32,000 nt of DNA from Erysipelothrix inopinata (lineage in GTDB: Bacteria > Bacillota_I > Bacilli_A > Erysipelotrichales > Erysipelotrichaceae): positions 1,740,001-1,772,000 of the forward strand of contig NZ_CP060715.1 of the NCBI RefSeq assembly GCF_014396165.1, in the 5' to 3' direction. Each line of letters opens with the position of its first letter. The first letter of the stretch is position 1. Shown here in pieces: positions 25,203-32,000 of this stretch. The translations under genes and the position numbers were made by a program. The notes beneath the pieces are model-generated. The model ran no database searches, was not told the origin of the DNA, and worked only from the letters and a program-made list of their open reading frames with translations.

Positions 25203-26390
25203 TTAGGAATCGTTCATTATTTGTTCAAGAAACATTCTAAAAGAATCATTACGTTTCCAAAGATTAAAATCCTCGAGATTAAATACTTTTGGATGCAAAT
25301 ACCTAAACGTAGTTTCTACTTCTCTCACTGTGATTACTACGCATTTCTCGACGTTTTCGAGTGATAAACAAAGTGGATATTTACCAGGAATACGAGAATT
25401 CACAGCATGACTTGTTTTTAGTTCTTCCTTAGCATTCTGACCAAAACTATTATATGCATCAACGCCTTCAAGGTGATCGAAATTATCATACTGATCAATG
25501 ATTCGATCATAAGCAATAATTCTCGGTTTATCAGCAACTACATCAATAATAAGTGGTCTCCCTGAATAATTAACAAAATTACTCGGCAAGTATCCTATCA
25601 TCGAGTTTCCTTCCGAGAAACGCCATCGTAGACCATCACAGTCTCCCTCATCAATTCCGACTTCGAAATAAGTAATCAAATTATTATATTGATGAATCTT
25701 TCGAATATTTGAAAAACTTGACCCTTCTTTATAGTAACTTAACCCTCCATACGAGACCGAACAACGTTTACTTTGGTTGAGAATACCGACTTCAGAAGAA
25801 TGAGCAGGACCATTTGGAACGACAAGTGTATGATAAAATACGCTGAGTTTAACATGTTCCTTAGATGGACTCACTTTAAAATTTTTATTTCCAATTTTCT
25901 TTTGAAGATTGGATTCATTCGGATAGAATAAAGGCGTTCTATAAGATTGACCCATAACTTTGGAATTTAAAACAAGATAAACTGTATATGATTCGTCCGG
26001 CGAAAACTTCTCATACGGAATTAAAGCAAAAAATCCGACATTATTGAATTCATAATTACATCTATTTTCATTTTTAGCCGATCCACTACACTTGGGATAA
26101 CCTCGATACGCCATAAACGATGTAAGCGAAATCGGCTTTAGTTTGGCTGGTACCATAAATCTTTCCTTCTCACCCACGAATTCGAGTTGATAATTATGGG
26201 TTTTCTCACCAAAGAAATTATGAGATTCAAGCAACATCCCCCACCCTTCGATACTAATCCCAGTATCTGTCATTTGTACATTTCTTATTTCATATGAGAA
26301 TAAAGATCGATCATCAACATCAATTGTATCGGCCTCGACACCCCTCACCATTGCAATTAAACATATTAAGATAACTAAAGTTTGTTTCAA
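25203..26390 (-). CDS. Hypothetical secreted protein, six Cys in the mature part, no recognised family
   Basis: TTG start 6 nt after GAGGAGGG. The signal peptide is MKQTLVILICLIAMVRGVEA/DT. It is a 395-codon open frame in AT-rich DNA. I recognise no motif. Confidence 0.75.
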   Translation of the reverse strand: MKQTLVILICLIAMVRGVEADTIDVDDRSLFSYEIRNVQMTDTGISIEGWGMLLESHNFFGEKTHNYQLEFVGEKERFMVPAKLKPISLTSFMAYRGYPKCSGSAKNENRCNYEFNNVGFFALIPYEKFSPDESYTVYLVLNSKVMGQSYRTPLFYPNESNLQKKIGNKNFKVSPSKEHVKLSVFYHTLVVPNGPAHSSEVGILNQSKRCSVSYGGLSYYKEGSSFSNIRKIHQYNNLITYFEVGIDEGDCDGLRWRFSEGNSMIGYLPSNFVNYSGRPLIIDVVADKPRIIAYDRIIDQYDNFDHLEGVDAYNSFGQNAKEELKTSHAVNSRIPGKYPLCLSLENVEKCVVITVREVETTFRYLHPKVFNLEDFNLWKRNDSFRMFLEQIMNDS

Positions 26391-26435
26391 TTTAAACCCT
26401 CCTCATTTAAGTAGGCCTTGAGCAAGGGAATGCAT

Positions 26436-26463
26436 AAAAAAAACCGCACATTAGCGGTTTTTA
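26436..26463 (-). terminator. Intrinsic terminator after the YugP-like gene
   Basis: The minus strand reads AAAAACCGC-taatgt-GCGGTTTTT-TTTT, 3 nt after the stop. Confidence 0.75.
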
Positions 26464-26465
26464 GA

Positions 26466-27182
26466 TTATCGTCTGTTGTTACGATTATTATTGACTGCGA
26501 TAAGTCTCAGAATGTTAAGTACTGTACTTAATAGTGCGGCAACATACGTTAATGCTGCAGCTGTTAGCATCTTTTTAGAACCTTCCAACTCACTACTATC
26601 TAAGATAGATTCTGAGCTTAATATCTTCAATGCACGTTTCGATGCATCAAATTCAACTGGAAGCGTTACAAATTGGAATAAAGCAATAATAGCAAGCATT
26701 GCAATCCCTACCGTGAAAAAGATACTAGTACCTTTTTGAGGTGAAGAGAAAGCAAGTCCAATAAATACAGACAACATACCAAATTTACTTGAAATAATTG
26801 TCATTGGTAAAAGCTTATTTCTGATTCCAATAAATGCATAAGATTCTGAATGTTGAATAGCATGCCCCACTTCGTGAGCAGCTACTGAAACAGAAGCAAT
26901 TGATGAGTCATTGTATACTTTTGGAGAAAGTGCTACAACTTTTTTTGTTGGGTCATAGTGATCACTAAGAACACCACCACGAGACTCAACAATTTCCACA
27001 TCGGTAATTCCTTTTAAATTCAAAATCATTCTCGCTACTTCAGCACCGGTACGGCCTTCAATAGTATCAATTTTACTGTATTTTGAATAGCTTGATGTCA
27101 CAAACATTTGGGCAAACATCGCCAATAAAGCGGCAATGATTACAAACCAAATACCTGACGTATCAAAATAAAACAATGGCAT
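26466..27182 (-). CDS. Membrane zinc metallopeptidase, YugP family
   Basis: HEVGHAIQH (HExxH) with an N-terminal TM helix and C-terminal TM helices, in a size and layout typical of the putative neutral zinc metallopeptidase family. I chose ATG 27182 (MPLFYF), 9 nt after GGAG. Confidence 0.85.
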   Translation of the reverse strand: MPLFYFDTSGIWFVIIAALLAMFAQMFVTSSYSKYSKIDTIEGRTGAEVARMILNLKGITDVEIVESRGGVLSDHYDPTKKVVALSPKVYNDSSIASVSVAAHEVGHAIQHSESYAFIGIRNKLLPMTIISSKFGMLSVFIGLAFSSPQKGTSIFFTVGIAMLAIIALFQFVTLPVEFDASKRALKILSSESILDSSELEGSKKMLTAAALTYVAALLSTVLNILRLIAVNNNRNNRR

Positions 27183-27204
27183 TACAAACAACTCCTATCT
27201 TGAA

Positions 27205-27223
27205 AAGGAGCCATAGGCTCCTT
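27205..27223 (-). terminator. Hairpin after hup (probable weak terminator)
   Basis: AAGGAGCC-tat-GGCTCCTT followed only by TTCAAG, a short U-tract, so some read-through into the YugP-like gene is likely. Confidence 0.5.
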
Positions 27224-27228
27224 AATTA

Positions 27229-27513
27229 TTATTTAACTGCGTCTTTTAATGCTTTAGCTGGCTTGAATCCTACACTGTGTGATGCTTCAATGCGGATTTT
27301 TTCTTTTGTTTGTGGGTTGAATCCATCACGTGCTGCACGGTGACGAACTTCAAATTTTCCGAAACCTGCTAAATCAACAGTTCCTTTTTCCTCTAAGATT
27401 CCTTTTACTTCTTCAAGGAATGCGTCTACGAATTCATTTGCTTGTTTTTTACTTACATCTAATTTTTCTGCGATTGCTTCGCCTAATAATTTTTTATTGT
27501 ATGTTTCAGTCAT
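27229..27513 (-). CDS. hup: DNA-binding protein HU
   Basis: 94 aa from ATG 27513 (GGAGG SD 8 nt upstream). ..KKQANEFVDAFLEEV..GTVDLAGFGKFEVRHRAARDGFNPQTKEKIRIEASHSVGFKPAKALKDAV is the canonical HU/IHF fold signature. Confidence 0.9.
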   Translation of the reverse strand: MTETYNKKLLGEAIAEKLDVSKKQANEFVDAFLEEVKGILEEKGTVDLAGFGKFEVRHRAARDGFNPQTKEKIRIEASHSVGFKPAKALKDAVK

Positions 27514-27538
27514 ATGTGAAACCTCCATTTCTAATAAA

Positions 27539-27567
27539 ATAATATCATCATACTGGTTAAAACACAA
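27539..27567 (-). promoter_or_regulatory. Candidate hup promoter (TTGTGT-17 nt-TATTAT with TG extension)
   Basis: The minus strand reads aacTTGTGTtttaaccagtatgaTGaTATTATtttattagaaatGGAGG. Confidence 0.55.
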
Positions 27568-27568
27568 G

Positions 27569-28564
27569 TTAAAGATTTTCTGGCTTCAGATCTCTTTTCA
27601 TCAAGTCATCAATGGCTTTACGGGGTTCTTTACCCTCGTACACTACTTTATAAACTTGTTCAGTAATGGGCATTAAAATACCTTCTTCAGAAGCAACATC
27701 ATGGACTACTTTTGTAGCAAAAATACCCTCTACTGTTTTCTCTAAATTTTCAAGATAATTAACAGCCGAATTAGCTTTTCCAATTTCAAATCCAGCTTGG
27801 AAATTTCGTGAGTGAGGACTGGTACAGGTAACAATTAAATCACCAACACCACACAGTCCTAAAAAGGTTTCTTTCTGACCACCAAAGTAAACACCATATC
27901 GCGTCATTTCCGCTAAACCACGCGTTATTAGTGCTGCACGAGCATTGTCACCAAGGTCTAATCCAGCGGCAATTCCACTTGCTAATGATATAATATTTTT
28001 AATAGCAACTCCTATTTGAGAGCCAATAATATCAGTGTTTGTATATACTCTAAAGTAATCATTAGAGAACATGTTTTGAATCAGTACAGCAAGTGTTTCA
28101 CTGTCTGAAACAGCATTGATTGTCGTTAACTTTCTAAGGATAACTTCCTCTGCATGTGATGGGCCAATTAGACTCACCACACCTGCAAATTTATCAGGGT
28201 CAACACTACGTTTAATAACCTCTGATAAGAGCTCATGTGTAGTAGGATGGAACCCCTTTGCAACGTTAATTATGATAGTTGGTTTCACCAAAATTTCATT
28301 TAGCTTTAACGAAACTGACTCAACTGCGCCTGTTGGAACAGCCAATAATATCGTTGAACACTCTTTTAGATCTTCAAAATTCAAAGTTGCTTTCAAATTT
28401 TCATTAATTAATGTATCACCAAAATACTTAGAGTTTTGATGTTTAAGGTTAATATCATCAATTTCAGAAGCCTGACGGCCCCAAATAATGACGTCATTAT
28501 GGTTGTCAGCAAGCACTTGAGCAAGAGCTGTACCCCAACTACCAGAACCTACAACTCCAATCAT
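27569..28564 (-). CDS. gpsA: NAD(P)H-dependent glycerol-3-phosphate dehydrogenase
   Basis: MIGVVGSGSWGTALA Rossmann motif and ..GLCGVGDLIVTCTSPHSRN... The ATG at 28564 lies 1 nt after the der stop. Confidence 0.9.
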   Translation of the reverse strand: MIGVVGSGSWGTALAQVLADNHNDVIIWGRQASEIDDINLKHQNSKYFGDTLINENLKATLNFEDLKECSTILLAVPTGAVESVSLKLNEILVKPTIIINVAKGFHPTTHELLSEVIKRSVDPDKFAGVVSLIGPSHAEEVILRKLTTINAVSDSETLAVLIQNMFSNDYFRVYTNTDIIGSQIGVAIKNIISLASGIAAGLDLGDNARAALITRGLAEMTRYGVYFGGQKETFLGLCGVGDLIVTCTSPHSRNFQAGFEIGKANSAVNYLENLEKTVEGIFATKVVHDVASEEGILMPITEQVYKVVYEGKEPRKAIDDLMKRDLKPENL

Positions 28565-28565
28565 A

Positions 28566-29876
28566 TTAAGCACCTCTTTTTCTTACAATAATGTGAATCG
28601 GCGTTCCAGTAAAATCAAACGCTCTACGTAATGAATTCTCTAAATAACGTTTGTATGAGAAATGGAATATTTCCGGATCATTCACAAAAATTACAAACGT
28701 TGGTGGCGCAACACTGACTTGAGAAGCATAAAGAATCTTTAATTGCTTACCGTGACGTGTAGGTGGCGGTGTTAGCATTGCTGCATCATAAATAACCTCA
28801 TTGATAACACTCGTACCAATACGTCTTTGACTGTTTGCATAAACTTCTTGAACAAGCGGTAAAATAGTGTGAACACGCTTCTTAGTTAGAGCCGATACAA
28901 AGACGATTGGAGCATATGATAAATATGAAAACTCAGTTTCAATTAACTTACGCATATCATCCATCGATGTTTCTTCAGTATCCACTGTATCCCATTTGTT
29001 AAAGACAATAATGATTGGTTTTCCTGCCTCATGTGCGTAACCAACAACATGCTTATCTTGAGCACGAATACCCGCTTCACCATCAATTAAGAACAAGATA
29101 ACGTCCGAACGTTCAATGGCAGCCATGGAGCGAATAATTGAATATTTTTCAACTTCTTCATAAATTTTACCACGCTTACGAATACCCGCAGTGTCAATAA
29201 CAACATAATCTTGATTGTTATATCTAAACGGAGTATCAATTGCGTCTCGTGTTGTACCTTCAATGTCCGATACAATTACACGATCTTGATTCAGTAATGC
29301 ATTTACAAGTGATGATTTCCCAACATTAGGTCGACCAATCACACTAAAGCTCAACTCTTCATTGTATTGTTTTAATCCTTCTTCAGGTAAATTTTGAATT
29401 ACTTGGTCTAAAAGATCACCAATACCAATTCCATGTTCACTACTTACTGCAATAGGTTCTTCATATCCTAATGCATAAAATTCATAGATGTCTGCTTTAA
29501 ACTGCATATCATCTACTTTATTTGCGACAACAATAACAGGTTTGTTTGAAGCACGAAGAAGACGCGCAATATATTGATCATCATTAGTTAAGCCATCCAT
29601 TGCACTTACTACAAAAAGAACCATATCTGCTTCTTCAATTGCGATTTCAACTTGAACTTGAATTTCTTCAGCAAAGTTTTGATCCTCAAGCTGAATACCA
29701 CCTGTATCAATAAATCTCAAATTTTTTGTTAGCCATGTTGTTGCTCCATATAATCGATCACGAGTCACACCCGCTTCTTCATGAACAATTGAAATTCTAT
29801 CGCCCATAATACGATTAAATAAAGAAGACTTCCCAACATTTGGACGGCCAACGATTGCTACGACACCATCAATCAT
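28566..29876 (-). CDS. der: Ribosome-associated GTPase Der (EngA), tandem GTPase domains plus KH-like domain
   Basis: Two G domains: GRPNVGKSSLFN..DTGG..NKVD and GRPNVGKSSLVN..DTAG..NKWD. 436 aa. Confidence 0.95.
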   Translation of the reverse strand: MIDGVVAIVGRPNVGKSSLFNRIMGDRISIVHEEAGVTRDRLYGATTWLTKNLRFIDTGGIQLEDQNFAEEIQVQVEIAIEEADMVLFVVSAMDGLTNDDQYIARLLRASNKPVIVVANKVDDMQFKADIYEFYALGYEEPIAVSSEHGIGIGDLLDQVIQNLPEEGLKQYNEELSFSVIGRPNVGKSSLVNALLNQDRVIVSDIEGTTRDAIDTPFRYNNQDYVVIDTAGIRKRGKIYEEVEKYSIIRSMAAIERSDVILFLIDGEAGIRAQDKHVVGYAHEAGKPIIIVFNKWDTVDTEETSMDDMRKLIETEFSYLSYAPIVFVSALTKKRVHTILPLVQEVYANSQRRIGTSVINEVIYDAAMLTPPPTRHGKQLKILYASQVSVAPPTFVIFVNDPEIFHFSYKRYLENSLRRAFDFTGTPIHIIVRKRGA

Positions 29877-30540
29877 TTAAACCCCTACTCTCTATATACT
29901 CTTTTACTAAATTTACAACATCATCAATTTCGAGGTAAGTTGTATTAATTTCCAATGCATCATCAACTTTGATTAGTGGAGATTCACTACGATTCATATC
30001 TCGGTAATCTCGTTCAACAAGATCATCATAAATTTCATCAAAATCAACTTTCATTCCAGAATTAATCATTTCGTCATAACGACGTTTCGCACGAACTGAT
30101 ACATCAGCTGTTTGATATACTTTTACTTCAGCATCTGGAAGTACTACAGACGTGATATCACGACCGTCTAATACATATCCCTTTTTCGACGCAATCTTGC
30201 GTTGCATATCTACTAATTTCTGGCGTACACCTGCAAACTTTGATACCTTGGAAGCAGCATATGAAACCTTATCATTTCTGATTAGACTTGATACGTCTTC
30301 TCCATTAACAAAGACTGAACCATCAGTCTTTAAGTTTAAATCAATATTATTTGCAGCTAACACGCACTCTTTTTCATCATCCAAATCAACACCATTGGTT
30401 AAACAGTAATAACCTACTGCACGATACATCGCACCGGTATCAATATGTGTAAATCCTAATTCTTTTGCTAATCGCTTAGCAATGGTACTTTTACCAGAGG
30501 CACTCGGGCCATCTATTGCTATATTAAACACACCAATCAC
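29869..30540 (-). CDS. cmk: Cytidylate kinase
   Basis: IAIDGPSASGKSTIAKRLAKELGFTHIDTGAMYRA. The start is uncertain between GTG 30540 and GTG 30531, because GAGGTGA overlaps the first. The stop overlaps the der start (ATGATTGA). Confidence 0.9.
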   Translation of the reverse strand: MIGVFNIAIDGPSASGKSTIAKRLAKELGFTHIDTGAMYRAVGYYCLTNGVDLDDEKECVLAANNIDLNLKTDGSVFVNGEDVSSLIRNDKVSYAASKVSKFAGVRQKLVDMQRKIASKKGYVLDGRDITSVVLPDAEVKVYQTADVSVRAKRRYDEMINSGMKVDFDEIYDDLVERDYRDMNRSESPLIKVDDALEINTTYLEIDDVVNLVKEYIESRGLND

Positions 30541-30549
30541 CTCATTTAA

Positions 30550-31446
30550 TTAAAAACTTTTCCAAATAAGCACTACAACTACCGCAATCGCAATAAACAA
30601 TAACGATAACACTACATTCATTAAACGGTTCGTACGAACCATTGTTTCGTTCATTTCATCAAGACTACGTTCTTGATCAATGATTTTGTGTTGTAATGTT
30701 TGTGTTTGACTTAATAATTCTTTTCTAAATCGTTCATCATCGAATACCATGATATCTTCATCTTCAAGATCACCCTCAAGTGAAGATTCTGATAGAATAT
30801 TAACACTTGATTCTACTACTGGTTCTTCTGCTTTAGAAATAATAATTTCTTCTACAAAATCATCTTCATCAGATTCTGAAATTTCATTATCTACATCACG
30901 AATTGCCATAGCAATTGTTTCTTCTAATGTAGACTCTGGTTGTGTTGATTCAACTAAAGCATCACTTCTATAAATTTGAGTTGCTTCAATTGATTCCTCT
31001 ACATCTTCAATTTCTATTTCATCTTTAAGCTCAGGATCAACCTGTTGTAGCACTGACTTGATTTCTTCATCATTAAAAGGACGAACCATTTCAGGAGAAA
31101 TGTTAAGTTCTTCAATAATGTTAGATTGAGTATCATCAACTTTACGATAACCTTTTTTAACGTTATACTCTTTCACTTCGTCAAGGAAGTCTTTAAGATA
31201 CGCACTTTCAAAGGTATCAAAGTTTTGAACTGCTTTTTCTTCAGTACGCTCAAACTCTTCTTTGTTATCACGAGCATGCGAAAAATCGTAAGAACGATTA
31301 TCATTGGTTTTTATCGTATCAAACTGTGAATCAATTTGATTGAGTCGGTCTGCAAAATGAGATAAATCTGAATTAACAACATCACTCTCTAAATCAGTAG
31401 CAAGTTGATCATGTAAAACTTGATTTTTTTGTACACGAGATTTCAT
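30550..31446 (-). CDS. Hypothetical highly acidic protein with a single C-terminal transmembrane anchor
   Basis: 298 aa, of which about 74 are Asp/Glu by hand count. Low-complexity acidic stretches include ESDEDDFVEE and LEGDLEDEDI. The C-terminal helix is LMNVVLSLLFIAIAVVVVLIW-KSF. I recognise no family. Confidence 0.65.
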   Translation of the reverse strand: MKSRVQKNQVLHDQLATDLESDVVNSDLSHFADRLNQIDSQFDTIKTNDNRSYDFSHARDNKEEFERTEEKAVQNFDTFESAYLKDFLDEVKEYNVKKGYRKVDDTQSNIIEELNISPEMVRPFNDEEIKSVLQQVDPELKDEIEIEDVEESIEATQIYRSDALVESTQPESTLEETIAMAIRDVDNEISESDEDDFVEEIIISKAEEPVVESSVNILSESSLEGDLEDEDIMVFDDERFRKELLSQTQTLQHKIIDQERSLDEMNETMVRTNRLMNVVLSLLFIAIAVVVVLIWKSF

Positions 31447-31470
31447 AATTTTTTACCACTCCTTGAATCA

Positions 31471-31479
31471 ATTATAGCA
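31471..31479 (-). promoter_or_regulatory. Candidate extended -10 (TGCTATAAT) upstream of the acidic-protein/cmk/der/gpsA unit
   Basis: The minus strand reads ..ttataattctaTGcTATAATtgattcAAGGAGtggtaaaaaattATG. Confidence 0.4.
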
Positions 31480-31484
31480 TAGAA

Positions 31485-32000
31485 TTATAACTTGATTCTA
31501 TGTAAATATGGTTCAATAAGGTAGTATAAGGCGAATAAAATGCCTCCCTTAACAAGATTAAAGGGAAAATAGGTCGCAAACAAGATTTCCCAAGCACCAT
31601 TTTTACTTAAATGGAATAGAGGGAAAGTAATATAGTAGTTTAATACATTCATAACTACAGCAGCTAAAACTACTGATATCGCTGCGAAAACTATTTTGTT
31701 AAATCCGTGTTTTAGTTGTGGTTTATAAATTGCGAATGGAGCAAGGATACAAACAGCATATAAGAAGTTTGCAATCTCTCCTGCAATCATTGGGTTTTTT
31801 GATATAAAGATTATATGTAATAAATTTTTCAATAGTGCAACACATATCCCAGGAATCCATCCCATTGTAACTGTTGCTATTATTACAGGTAAATCACTTA
31901 AATCCATTTGTAATGGTGGCATAATCGGGAACTCAAACATAAAGAGCACCGCTGACATTGCACTTAAAAAAGCAATGTATACCATTTTACGAGTCTTATT
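31485..32000 (-). CDS. ECF transporter S (substrate-capture) component, 3' part (frame stays open to the window end)
   Basis: A small polytopic protein with ..FEFPIMPPLQMDLSDLPVIIA.. and ..FPFNLVKGGILFALYYLI.., typical of ECF S components. The frame upstream of the track ATG (31985) reads NKTRK with no stop, so the true start probably lies beyond position 32000. Confidence 0.7.
   Translation of the reverse strand, partial: NKTRKMVYIAFLSAMSAVLFMFEFPIMPPLQMDLSDLPVIIATVTMGWIPGICVALLKNLLHIIFISKNPMIAGEIANFLYAVCILAPFAIYKPQLKHGFNKIVFAAISVVLAAVVMNVLNYYITFPLFHLSKNGAWEILFATYFPFNLVKGGILFALYYLIEPYLHRIKL

Noticed and set aside
27201-27212. AAGGAG on the plus strand that could be read as an SD for a plus-strand gene
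   Set aside because: No plus-strand ORF follows it. The sequence is the 5' arm of the hairpin downstream of hup on the minus strand.
28116-28439. 107-aa plus-strand ORF
   Set aside because: It is antisense to gpsA, whose identity is secure. It has no translation signals.
1-32000. Search for a mobile element, prophage, CRISPR array, toxin-antitoxin pair, restriction-modification or other defence island, or a compositionally foreign segment
   Set aside because: I recognised no transposase, integrase, recombinase, Cas, nuclease-methylase pair, terminal inverted repeats or spaced direct repeats. Base composition and codon style look uniform by eye. Gene order follows conserved Bacillota synteny. 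I therefore cannot support a novel-system claim beyond the individual orphan proteins listed in the findings.

Overview
This window looks like ordinary chromosomal core from a low-GC Gram-positive (Bacillota-type) genome. The evidence is Bacillus/Staphylococcus-like synteny, a T-box leader, lipobox lipoproteins and many extended -10 promoters. I count 33 protein genes, 29 of them on the minus strand, and almost all are housekeeping. In window order they are: smc (5' part); a membrane-anchored thioredoxin-fold-like protein; a VOC protein; a tightly coupled yqeH-yhbY-nadD/yqeK(fused)-rsfS-methyltransferase-mtnN operon; parE-parC with divergent plsY; a two-gene ABC exporter; an alpha/beta hydrolase; a Phe T-box-led pheS-pheT followed without a terminator by yebC-gdhA; a lipoprotein-VOC-GNAT cluster; a znuA-znuC-znuB zinc uptake operon with a consensus promoter; an orphan secreted Cys-containing protein; a YugP-type Zn-metallopeptidase; hup; cmk-der-gpsA; an acidic tail-anchored protein; and the 3' part of an ECF S-component gene. 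I found no rRNA, tRNA, CRISPR array, transposase, integrase, phage gene or recognisable defence or toxin-antitoxin module. I cannot support a claim that the window holds a new multi-gene system. The most interesting items are modest. They are the unrecognised 395-aa secreted protein next to the zinc genes, the acidic tail-anchored protein upstream of cmk, the NadD-YqeK fusion, the terminator-less pheST-yebC-gdhA arrangement and the absence of rpsA between cmk and der. All calls come from reading the sequence and the ORF track by eye; no database searches were run.
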